A DNA stretch of 63,405 nt, counting the filler, from Hyphochytrium catenoides (lineage: Eukaryota; Protista; Hyphochytriomycota), in the NCBI GenBank assembly GCA_900088475.1. It is 8 parts of 8 records of this genome, joined end to end, with 100 filler letters (N's around TTAATTAATTAA, not from the genome) between each part and the next. Parts side by side here need not be neighbours in the genome. Positions count along the whole stretch, not along the records: positions 1,330 to 27,635 come from FLMG01002934.1; 7 more parts are not named here. One strand, 5' to 3'. Position 1 is the first letter of the stretch. Each line of letters opens with the position of its first letter. This document shows, piece after piece, positions 12,926 through 23,737 of the stretch. Position numbers and translations under genes: made by a program. The notes under the pieces are model-generated. The model saw nothing but the letters and a program-made list of their open reading frames with translations, was not told where the DNA came from and did no database searches.

Positions 12926-13994
12926 TCAAGCCAAAGGTCACGTCCGTTATCAGGAGTGGTAGTCCACACTTGGTAGTCTTGATAACATTCTTTTGCATGT
13001 TTAGCTGATAGTAGTAGGGTAGTCTAGATCTTGCATGTTCTGCATAATAGCATTGAGATGTGCAGTTGCTGCGCTCGCCGCGCGCTAATCTGTAATCTCA
13101 CTTCACATTTTCCAGACGATCTGCACTTCAGTGCATTGCTAAAGAGTGTTCTTTCCAAAGGCTTCCTCTGTGGTGCCTACCAGTAGCGTACTCGTGAGAC
13201 TAAATTATAAACAGTTTTCCTCTTCTTATTATCATCAACAATCCAGGGGCAGAGCTGGGAGCCTGATAGCCGGTAACGTCTGTGCAGAGCTGGCTGTCTC
13301 TCTGGATCTTCAACTTCGAAGCTTCCGTTTCTTCTTCTACATTGTGTGACGGCGGCGGCGGCCTCCTCTCTCCTCTTCCTCCTCCTCCTCTCTACTTCTT
13401 CTCCCATTGCCACTGCCGCTGGTGTCCGGCCAGCCAGAGAGACGAGCCTCTTTTCTAGTTAACGTCGCTGCTATGTGGCATCTCTCTCACAGTGACAGCA
13501 GAGGGCAGGAGTAGCTGGAGGAGGGGCAAGTCAGCCAAGGAGCAGGGGCAAGCTGCGCCTGACAGGATCTTTAGCTCCTCCTTCGACCTTTCGTTTGTTG
13601 AGGAGGAGAATGCCAAGAGAAGGAATTGATGCGTCTTTTTGGTGAGCTTAACCACACCGGGAGGAGAAGAAGGGGCGGGCAGGGATTAGGATCAATCATC
13701 AACAGCTGCCCCTGCTAACGGGCAATCAGAAAAGACGCCAGGGAGGAAGGGGAAAGGAAGGAAGCAGACGAGCGCCAGTCGTCCTGGGAAGCAGGCAGAG
13801 GGACCAGGAAATCTCACGCTGTCCTCCTAGGCCGATCTGCACGGTGTTCACTGTCACGCGTAGTCATCCTCCGTGGTATGCAGCACGAATAGGCCTGGCA
13901 GCAAGCACTACCTAGGAGAAGGTGGTGCCTTCATCACTGTAAGAGTGCAGAAAGCCCAGACACGCACACAGCGGATACTACGCTAGATAGAGGC

Positions 13995-16900
13995 ATGAGA
14001 GCAAGACAAGGCGACCAGAAGACAGTCATGGCTGTTACGTCTCTCCTCCTCTTCCTCCTCGTCCAGCTGGGCATTGTCTCCTGCTTCGGCTCCTCTGCTC
14101 CGTACTTCAAAGAGATCCAGCAGCTCTCGCCCTGTCGTCAGCAGGAGCCCGCAGCCAAAGCAGCACCGTCGTCCTGCGGCTCAAACCTTTGGCTCAGCGG
14201 TGACCAAGGGGCCGATTGGACGCTCTCTAACGCACGGCGAGGCATCTCTGAGGCCTGCCGCTTGCCCACGGATGTCCACACCGTGCTGCAGGAGCGCGGT
14301 ATTATCAAGGATCCGCTTTATCGCTTTCAAGAGTTGGAAGACCGCTGGATCGCGCTGGAGGAGTGGAACTTCACCTCCTACTTTTCTCTATCTTCCTCTG
14401 ACCCAACTGGATCCGCCTCCGCTGCTTCCTCTTCCATTGCTTCCCTTCTTGTCATAGATGGGCTGGACACTGTCGCACGCGTGGCTCTCAACGGTCAGGA
14501 GGTGGGGAGGTCCGCCAATCAATTTCGTCGCTATTTCTTCAACATCACTTCGGCGCTCAAACAGTGCAAGATCCAGGCGGGAAACGAAGAAGAGACAAAA
14601 CTCTCAGGGCAAGGAAAGGAGAGACACATGCCGGGAGAGGAAACGGAGAGAACGCTTACAGAACAAGGAAATAGAGAGGGCGACCACGCCTGCATGCAGG
14701 ACCTTGAACTGACCCTCTTTCCCGCCTTGAACTACACGGCGAGCCGAGCAGGGACTTACCCTTATAACGTTCCCACCGAGGAGTTCTACCAGGACTGGGC
14801 CGAACCCACCCATCGTCATTTCCTCAGGAAGGCGGCCTCAGACTTTGGCTGGGACTGGGGCCCCACCTTCGTTCCCTCCGGAGTACTGGGCTCTGTGTAC
14901 ATCCTGTCTCTCCCTTACGGCACCGCAGTCGTCAAGGACTTTGTCATTCACCAGATCCACGGACAGACTTTTTCTGCCTCACCTACTTCTGTCGCACCAT
15001 CAACGCCGTCATCACCCTCTTCTCGATCAACGACATCCCCCTACGCAGCTTCTACTCCTTCAACTACTCTGGCACGCGATAATACTCTCTCTTCTCACCA
15101 TCTCTCTGAGGCACCAGGGACACTGTGGGAGGTGAGAGTCGAGAGGCAAGACACCGAAAGGGAAAGTGGCGGTTCCTCTGGCGCCCAATCCATTAGTAGA
15201 CGACAACTTCTGAGGGATCATGTTCCTCTTGGTCTGCACTCTTCCTCTTCTCGTTCCTTAAATCCTTCTCCTCCAAGCAATAGGTCTTTCCCTTCTGCTC
15301 CTCCTCCTGGCACGGTGGTGCTGAATGTCTCAGTCGTAGTGCTGGCTCATGGTTCGGGTGAAGGTACTCTTACCGTGCTGGTGGAAGAGACCAAGACGGA
15401 AATAGAAGTTAGCGTGAGCTTTCTAGACGGAGAGAACACCTTCTTTGTCTTTCTCACTCTGCACAATCCAGCTCTTTGGTGGCCGCGGGGTTACGGTCCT
15501 CAAGCTCTTTACACAGTAAGAGCTGACCTGCGCACCGTGGGGGAAGGAGGGGAGAAGCTCTCCACTCTCTCGCACCGCATCGGGCTGCGTACTGTCAGCT
15601 TGAAGAGGCAGGATAAACAAAGCGGTAGGAGAGACGATTTTCTCTTCCTCATCAATGGGGTGGAGGTCTTTGTAAAAGGCGCGAACTGGATCCCCACGCA
15701 GACGTTCCATTCCCGCTCCTCCGATGCAATGGTCACTCAGTATCTGGAGGATGCTGTGGAAGCAAACATGAATATGCTCAGAGTCTGGGGCGGCGGACTG
15801 TACGAAAGAGAAGCTTTCTACGCCCTCTGCGATCGCCTAGGAATCTTGGTCTGGCAGGAATGGATGTTCGCCTGCTCTCTTTACCCTCGAGACGCGGAGT
15901 ATCTGCTTGAGGTTGAACGAGAGATCAAGGACCAAGCGCTAAGGCTTGGCAACCATCCATCCATCGTTGTCTGGGGAGGAAACAATGAGGTTGAGGCGTT
16001 CCTGCAGCAGATAACAGCTAGTCAGGCAATAAGCGGTGGAGCTAGACAGGATATGGCCTCAGCATCTACGGTCTTCTCCGGTCGTGAACCTCCATCCAAT
16101 CCTATCTCTCATGACGTGGCCATCGGTGACTACGTAAAGCTCTTTGTGGACCATATCCCTAGCATAATGTACCAGGTACTGCCTGCAGATACTCCGTACA
16201 TCGACTCTTCTCCATCCAACGGACTGCTTAGCTATCAGCCGTATGTCAAGCGCTGGGGCGATCCGCAGGACCCATCGAGAGGAGACGTGCACTTCTACGA
16301 CTACACGGCCGACTGCATGGACGAGGACATCTATCCTAAGGCAAGGTTCGTCTCAGAGTTTGGCTTTCAGAGCTTTCCTTCTCCTTTCACTCTCTCCACC
16401 GTCACTCTTCCAGAGGACCTCTCGTCTTTCAACTCATCACTTCTGCGGTGGCGTCAACGCAGCCCGAACGGCACAGAGTTCATCCTTGGGCAGATAGATA
16501 GACACTTCGTTCTCCCTCCCTTTACCGATAAGGGACGCGAGGAACGCCTCAGCTTCTCAAGCTTCTCCCACTTGTCGCAGCTACAGCAGGCGCTGTGCTA
16601 CGATACCGCCGTCCGTCGCTGGAGGAGAGGGAGAAGCGAAGCGGCACACACGATGGGGATTCTCTACTGGCAGCTAAACGATGTCTGGCAGGGCCCGTCC
16701 TGGTCCAGCATCGAGTTCGGTGGCAGATGGAAGCTCCTGCACTACTTCCTGAGGCGAGCTTACGCGCCTGTCACGCTCTCTGGTCGTCTTGATGTCTCTT
16801 CGCCTTTGCCTCTTCTTCGCATCTACGGGACCAATGACCTGCGCCATGCAGTGCACGGGATCCTGCGCTTAGAAATCTGGCTCCTCTCTTCTGGCATTTT

Positions 16901-17435
16901 GCTGGCTTCCGAGGAGATTCCCTTTACTCTGGCTGGTGAAGGGACAACGGAGCTGCACACTGAGAGCAACTATATTAGAGGAAGGCACGGACCAGTGGGC
17001 GAAGACCAGCGACGTGTTCTAGTCCGTATAACTCCTTTCATGGTTAGGGGAGAGGGAGATGCGGGCGGCGAGAACTTAGTAATGGAACTGAAGCTTTATT
17101 CTTGGGATATGATAGTGGGAGGAAGACTGGGCCTCCAGCATCTCTCTCCCTCCTCAGTCTACGTCCTCTCCTGCAGCCACAAGGCGAACGAAGAGAGAAT
17201 AGAACCCAGAAGAAAAAGCAATGAAGCGGAGATATCACTGCTGTCCAGCTCTCTCTCTCTCTTCGTGACGCTCGATGCTAAGAGAGTCTCTGGCTACTTT
17301 GACGACAACGGCTTCTCTCTCGCTCCCGGAGAGCGGCGCTCTCTCTCATTCAAGGGAAGAGAGAACTTTGAGATTGAGCAGTTCTGCCAGGATCTAACGG
17401 TAACAAGCCTCTATGACACTCTAAGGCGAAGTTAG
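13995..17435 (+). CDS. Glycoside hydrolase family 2 beta-mannosidase with signal peptide, single exon, 1146 aa
   Basis: GLDTVA, RKAASDFGWDWGP, LWWPRGYG, KGANWIP, NMLRVWGGG, HPSIVVWGGNNE (acid/base Glu), RFVSEFGFQS (nucleophile Glu), YWQLNDVW, SWSSIEFGGRWKLLHY. Hydrophobic N-terminus LLLFLLVQLGIVSC. Confidence 0.95.
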   Translation: MRARQGDQKTVMAVTSLLLFLLVQLGIVSCFGSSAPYFKEIQQLSPCRQQEPAAKAAPSSCGSNLWLSGDQGADWTLSNARRGISEACRLPTDVHTVLQERGIIKDPLYRFQELEDRWIALEEWNFTSYFSLSSSDPTGSASAASSSIASLLVIDGLDTVARVALNGQEVGRSANQFRRYFFNITSALKQCKIQAGNEEETKLSGQGKERHMPGEETERTLTEQGNREGDHACMQDLELTLFPALNYTASRAGTYPYNVPTEEFYQDWAEPTHRHFLRKAASDFGWDWGPTFVPSGVLGSVYILSLPYGTAVVKDFVIHQIHGQTFSASPTSVAPSTPSSPSSRSTTSPYAASTPSTTLARDNTLSSHHLSEAPGTLWEVRVERQDTERESGGSSGAQSISRRQLLRDHVPLGLHSSSSRSLNPSPPSNRSFPSAPPPGTVVLNVSVVVLAHGSGEGTLTVLVEETKTEIEVSVSFLDGENTFFVFLTLHNPALWWPRGYGPQALYTVRADLRTVGEGGEKLSTLSHRIGLRTVSLKRQDKQSGRRDDFLFLINGVEVFVKGANWIPTQTFHSRSSDAMVTQYLEDAVEANMNMLRVWGGGLYEREAFYALCDRLGILVWQEWMFACSLYPRDAEYLLEVEREIKDQALRLGNHPSIVVWGGNNEVEAFLQQITASQAISGGARQDMASASTVFSGREPPSNPISHDVAIGDYVKLFVDHIPSIMYQVLPADTPYIDSSPSNGLLSYQPYVKRWGDPQDPSRGDVHFYDYTADCMDEDIYPKARFVSEFGFQSFPSPFTLSTVTLPEDLSSFNSSLLRWRQRSPNGTEFILGQIDRHFVLPPFTDKGREERLSFSSFSHLSQLQQALCYDTAVRRWRRGRSEAAHTMGILYWQLNDVWQGPSWSSIEFGGRWKLLHYFLRRAYAPVTLSGRLDVSSPLPLLRIYGTNDLRHAVHGILRLEIWLLSSGILLASEEIPFTLAGEGTTELHTESNYIRGRHGPVGEDQRRVLVRITPFMVRGEGDAGGENLVMELKLYSWDMIVGGRLGLQHLSPSSVYVLSCSHKANEERIEPRRKSNEAEISLLSSSLSLFVTLDAKRVSGYFDDNGFSLAPGERRSLSFKGRENFEIEQFCQDLTVTSLYDTLRRS

Positions 17436-18009
17436 GAAAGAGAAGAGGACAGAGAGACCATGTCTGGTCCCTGGATAATAGGGATGAAGAGCCGCTGAAG
17501 CTACGTTAGAAAGAATATAACAAGAGCGAAGAAGAGTAAAAGGGAAGATAGAAGAGGAAGGCCAAGGGGGAGAGAAGGTAGCCTTAGTTCCACCCAGAGG
17601 TCAGACGCTTGTTGGGTTGCTGAGATTGACTGCCTAATCATAAACAAGCAGCAACCTGAGGCTTCGCTCGATGACTGTCAGGTCTCGATTTTCTCTCTTG
17701 TTCACTCTCTCTTTCTCTCTCAGCCTTCGGTAGCATTGCTGATGCAGAAATTGAGAGCCACTTGCTGCGGGATGGAGGAGGGAGACTGGCCCGCCCAGGC
17801 CCGTTCTGGCGGCGTGTTGAAGATGCAAAGCAAGGCGAATGAACATTTGCTCTTTGTCTCTTTCTTCTCTCCTCCTAGGAATCTCTTTGCTGGTTGTTCT
17901 GAGGACTGATGACACAGAAGTGTGAGCCTCCCCCGCCCCAGGAGAGCCAGTACTGCCACCCCTGCCTGCCCTTCCCACCTTGGCATCTACTGACCCCACC
18001 ACTACCTCT

Positions 18010-18012
18010 GTG

Positions 18013-18057
<45 letters not shown>

Positions 18058-18526
18058 CTCCTTTTCTCTCTCAACTTTCTCTCTCTCTCCTTTTCTCTCC
18101 CTCTGTCTCTCTTCCCGCTCTCTGTCTCTGACATCTCAGTCCTCGATCAGGACCCTTTCTCTCACACTGTCATCTAACTGTTCTTCTTTCTTGCAACTCA
18201 CGCCTTTCAAGCAACCGCTTATAAATATCTCTGTCCTCATTCTGATTGGATCCTCTCTGCATCTTAGGCCCTTGACCTTGATTGCGGTTTATGGTGTTAC
18301 ACTTTCTGATGCTATTACTACGCCAACCGGTGCGAGGTTGAGAGCTTGACAAAGAGGCTTAGACCCCCATATTATTACTATACTGGGAGTGCTAAAGTGG
18401 TAATATACATAGTTATTCTTTAAATCACTGATCTATACATGTAAGTCTATAGTAGTAGGCGTGCCTAGGGTTGGGGGTTTGCTCAGGTTGGTGCGATGCT
18501 GTGGTTGAAGCAGTACCAGGGCCGAG

Positions 18527-18599
<73 letters not shown>

Positions 18600-18674
18600 G
18601 GAGAGAGAGAGAGAGAAAAAGAGAGAGCGAAAGTGAGGGAGAGAGAGGGAGAGAGCGAGAGACAGAGAGGGAAA

Positions 18675-18706
<32 letters not shown>

Positions 18707-18750
18707 TGAGAGAGAGAGAGAGAGGGAGAGAGAGAGAGAGAGAGAGGGAG
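18010..18750. repeat. (CT)n tract (~18010-18130) and long (GA)n tract (~18523-18750) between the GH2 and chitin synthase genes
   Basis: Direct reading. Confidence 0.9.
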
Positions 18751-19106
18751 GGGAAAGGTACAGTTCAGGAGGGAGGAGGGAGGATGACCATGATGACAGG
18801 AGGAGACGCATATACTTGCAACACCAAGGATGGGGCAGAACTATTTACAGAGGAAGCCAAAGGAGAGAGCAGTGGAGAGAGAGAGAGAGAGAGAGGCAGG
18901 AGAAGAGCGGTTTGGACCGCCACGCTTTCACCCTCCGCTCCTGAACATTCTGAAGAATCACCTCCAGAGGCCATTCTGAAGCTTCAGTCATCGTGTTGGC
19001 AGCTCCAGCGAGCAAGCCACAGCTCGCGGCTGACACGGGATCAAACGCGACAGACCAGGAGAAGTAAAGATTGAAAGAAGAGTCTGCTGTCAAAAGAATA
19101 AGGAGA

Positions 19107-22100
19107 ATGTCGGGTCAGGGGCAGCCCAACCCTCGGCGGCTCTATCAGAATAACAATGGAAGAGGACAGCCTGGCCTCCAACCCCAGGGACAGAGTAACG
19201 ATCGCCAGGAGACTCAGCGCGTTCCGGATCAGTTCTACAGTCAGTCGGTAAGCTCTCAATGGTTTCAGTCCTCGTCTAGGGCACATCCGCAGCCTGCTCA
19301 CCACTTGATGGCCCTTTCTCGACCCATTCTTTCTCTTTTTGTTGTCATCCTCTCTCGCTAGCCGCCGGTGCCGCAGTACCAGCCGCAGAGCCAGCAGCAG
19401 CCACAGCGTTCTCCTCCGCGGCATCAAGCGCCGCCGCCTCAGCGACAGCCGCGACCTCAACAGAATGGCGCGGGTGCAGGCGTCTACAGTGCAGAGCCTC
19501 CTCGCGGACGTGCGCCTAATCTGGTGCAAGCAGGGATGGGAGCCAGTGGGTTTCCCATGGAGGTGACGATGTGGTCCGATGGCCCTCCCGCTCGGAATGG
19601 TGAACAATCTTATCTTCCTCCTGACGGGGAGGTGCCTACCTACATCACGAAGGAAGGCATGGAAGCCGTCGATATGGCCAAGTACAGGCAACAAAGGAAG
19701 CGAAGGGAATCACGGTAAGGCTCGCCGTCCTTGCATCTCTCTCTTGGAAGAACTATCCACTCTTTCCGTTGCCGCTCTCCCCACTCGTATCAATCTTTTT
19801 GGCTGCTAAAATCACCTTCTTTGGTGTGCTCTCGCATCGTTGCTTCATGCTGAACGTGATTGTTGGCTGTCGCTGACCGCTTGTTATGTTCCGTCAGAGG
19901 CGCCGAGGCGAAGCCGATGACTGTCGACGAAGCTTTCCGTTCCATAAAGGCGGGAGTATCGGACGAGGATGAGGGCCGCTACACTGCGGCCATGAGAAAC
20001 TTTTTGGAGGCGGGAGAAATGCTGGCGGCTGTGGCAGACATGGAGACTGAGCGGCACATTAAGACCCTGTAAGTCCACGACACGCAAACAAAGGGAGATG
20101 GAGGAGAGAGATGTCATGGAGAAGCTAGGAGGCCGAAGAGCTAGGCGCTTGTTTGCTTGGTTAGGAAGCAACGTCGGAAGCAAGGAGAGAGAGAGAGAGA
20201 GAGAATCTGTACTTGTGTTGCGAATACTAGAAGATAGTGAGGAAGATACAAGCTAAGCGCTCCTGACTCCTGCTGGTACGCCATACCTATTGCAATGTAG
20301 GCTACACGCTAAAGCCGCTGAGGTGCTTCAATGGACAGAGGCGCTTGCTGACTGGATCGATCAAGGCGAAAGAGGGCCGCCACCGCGTCGCTTTGGCCGC
20401 ACGGTGCCAGTTAGCGTGAGCGGTCGCAACCGTGGCTTGGTAATGGGCGCAAACACTTACGCAGGGCCGGAGTTCGACACGATGTACTACACATCCGTCT
20501 CCACGAAGAAAGTAGTCAACTTTACGCAGGACGGTTACCGACTGCAGGTGAGGACATTTCGCATAGCCAAAAGTGGAAGCGGTTAAGAGACGGTAAACAG
20601 TTGGCCAAAGAAGTAGAGCGGCGCCTGACATGGTTGCATCGGTCTGCAGTGTGTGAAGAACGGCCGGTTCCCTAAGCTGATGGTGGTGATCACGATGTAC
20701 AACGAGGACGAGAATGAGCTCAACGGTACGCTACGGAAGGTGGCGAACAATACGAAGAACATCCAGAAGCACAGGCTGCCCGGCTACGAGGGCGACGACG
20801 CCTGGCACAACATTCTGGTGCGCGGATCTGTCGCCTTCTCTTGTTTCTTATCTCTTCTAGTGCTGCCGTCATTGCACAAAAGCCCTGTGCATGTGTCTTG
20901 GAGCCCTATGATCGTTCAATCTCTCTCAGCAGTGTGGTTCTTCTGCCAATCATCAGACATTTCCTCTTATTGGTATCATGTGGCGGTTCCGACCCTCACC
21001 CACTTATAACTGCAGGTCTGCGTGGTCAGCGATGGTCGCACGAAAGCTAACAAAGGGACGCTGAAGTTCTTGGCGGACGTAGGAGCATTTGACGAGGATG
21101 CAATGACCATTAACAGTGCGGGCGTGGACGTGCAGATGCATCTGTTCGAGTACTCAATGCAGATGATGAACCACAAACGCAGTCACGACCTGCTCGGCCT
21201 CAGTGACGACAGAAACGAGACTTTCCCACCCATGCAGGTGATGATGATAACAGATGGATGGGCTAAATATAGGGAATGTCATTCTAAGATAATCGTCTAC
21301 TTTCTCTGCCTTTCTGTTTCTCCATGTTTCCCTCAGATCGTCTTCGCTCTGAAGGAGCACAACGCGGGAAAGCTTACCTCGCACGAGTGGTACTTTAACG
21401 CTTTCGCAAACCAAGTGAATCCGGAGTACACTGTGCTTCTGGATGTGGGCACGATGCCCACTAAGACAGCCTTCTACAGGCTGCTGACTACCATGGAGGT
21501 CAACAAACAGATCGGAGGTAAGAGCCGCCGCACTGTCTGTTTGCTGATACATGTCATTTTCTTAACCACGTCTCTATGGCGTGCTCTCCAGGAGTGTGTG
21601 GGGAGATTGCGGTAGACAAGCCTATCCCGCACCTTTACAACTTTGTGATCGCTGCCCAGCACTTTGAGTACAAGATCTCCAATCTACTAGACAAGGCCCT
21701 GGAGAGCTCTTTCGGCTTCATCTCCGTCCTGCCAGGCGCCTTCTCTGCTTATAGATTCGAGGCCATTAAGGGCGCACCTCTGCAGGTAACTGAGGACTTG
21801 CGTTGTCAACTATCAGCACTTTCCGGTCGGACTTTAGTACCTTCTTCTCGGTCTTGTTCGGTCTCACCTGTCGCTAATTGTTTGCTCCTCCACTGCGTCA
21901 CCTACATCTCTCATGTTCAGGCTTATTTCAAGTCGCTGACCACTTCGCCCCGCGAGCTGGGACCCTTCCAAGGAAATATGTACCTTGCAGAGGATCGTAT
22001 CCTGTGCTTCGAGCTGCTGGCCAAGAAAGGCTCGAACTGGACAATGCACTACGTGAAGGTAAGAAGCGAAGCCTCACCCTTGCAGTGCTTAGACTAGAGT

Positions 22101-23737
22101 AGTTCTCAAAGCGCAGACGCCATTTATATGTGTCATTCCAGTTCCTCTCACAGCTTATTCTATCTAACTCTTGTCCTCCTTCCTTTGCTTGTATAGAATG
22201 CAATTGCTCGTACGGATGTACCTACGGACCTTGTGGCTCTCATTGGGCAGCGCCGAAGATGGCTGAACGGCTCGTTCTTCGCGATATTGTACACTATCCT
22301 TTACTGGGGCAGAGTCTACACGGAGAGCAACCACTCACTGCTGCGAAAGCTCTTCTTATTCCTGCAATACTGCTTCATGTAAGAGACACAGACCACGCTA
22401 CTTTTGCTATCCTGCATGATCTCATGGTGCGCCTTCTATGCAATTGGTTGGCATGAATCGTATCCAAATCTTCAAACGCAATCTTACCCCAGCTCGTTCT
22501 CCCCTCTCTCAGGGTGATCACTGTCATACTGAACTGGCTCTTAGTCGCGAACTTCTTTCTGGCTATTTACTACGTTGTCGTCGTCGGCTTTATGGAAAAT
22601 ACGTGGAGAGTGAGCGCGCTGAAGACACAGGAGATACCAGTAGAGTACAAAGCTGTGATACAAGCTGTATTTCTTGGACTCTACGCGCTATCATTGGTGA
22701 CCTTACTCATCCTGGGCATGGGGAATAAGCCAAAGCATGTCTCTATGATCTACAAGGTCATCTCTGTGTATTATGCGCTATTGATGATTCTCTCCATGGC
22801 GATCACGTTTATCATCATGATGTCGAGGTCAGTAGTCACCTGCGCCTTATCTACGTGGTGACGCCAGAGACTGACACTACGCTTTCTTTTTGTACGTCCT
22901 CTTCCTTTCACCCTTCTTCAGTCTCACACAGGACAACGGGTCTGGAAAGTTTAATTATGAGCAAGTGGTGGCAATCATCATTGTCTTCGGGGTCTTCTTC
23001 ATAGCGGCGGCACTACACTGCGAGCTCCACCACATTCTCTTCTCTTTCTTCCAGTATTTCATGTTGCTGCCGACCATGGTCAACATCCTCACCATGTATT
23101 CGTTCTGCAACCTCCATGATCTCTCCTGGGGCACTAAGGGGCTGGATACAGCGACAGACCATGGTGCACCGAAGGAAGGTGGCAAGGGCAAGTATGCGGA
23201 TGTAGTGGCAGCTCAGAAGGCAGCTGAGGCAAAGGCTAAAGCAGAAGCTGCGGAGAAGGATCTGTTGGAGAAAAGCTTCAGTGGCTTTAGGTGAGACGCC
23301 GCGTCGCAACTGGCAGATTCCATCGACCGGCCGATGCTCCTCTTACTTTAGTCCGGGAGATAAGTCTTTCTTCCTCGGCCTCTTTACCTCCCCCTTTCCA
23401 TCTTGGCTTTCTATTCTTCTTACTAATGAAGCTATACTTCCTCAGGTCGCGGTTGCTCCTTGCGTGGCTGGTATCTCAGATGGTTTTCATCTTCATCATG
23501 GTGAAGGTGGATCCTCTCGGTGACGTCTACCTCGCAATCCTCTTCTTTATTGTTGCCGCGTTCAACCTGTTCCGATTCATGGGCTCAGTGTCTTATCTTC
23601 TGTACCACGGCTGGACCAAGATGGTCATCTGCTGCTGCGTGCGTTCCAAGATGCGAACAAAGGAGAGGAAGAATAGGGCCGCAGCTGCCCGCGGCCAGCA
23701 CTATACCGGGATGGCCACTCCAACGAGTCGCGCATAG
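19107..23737 (+). CDS. Chitin synthase (GT2), oomycete type with an N-terminal MIT domain. 13 exons: 19107-19247, 19362-19714, 19898-20068, 20301-20547, 20650-20817, 21016-21237, 21337-21517, 21592-21785, 21921-22058, 22197-22378, 22513-22827, 22922-23290, 23446-23737.
   Basis: [55 protein letters not shown] and SWGTKG motifs plus C-terminal TM helices. All introns are GT-AG and preserve frame. The helical segment [12 protein letters not shown]...[11 protein letters not shown] is MIT-like. Confidence 0.96.

Noticed and set aside
15660-16760. GH2 as an exo-beta-glucosaminidase partnering the chitin synthase
   Set aside because: The WDW, NNE, SEFG and YWQLND motifs are those of beta-mannosidases.
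18455-18470. taggc-gt-gccta hairpin as a Helitron 3' end
   Set aside because: The stem is only 5 bp and no convincing CTRR terminus or 5' end was seen.
18425-18944. ORFs rich in ER/RE or LS/SL dipeptides (also 2592-3005, 27844-28149, 59402-59882, 61811-62158)
   Set aside because: They are translations of (GA)n/(CT)n microsatellites.
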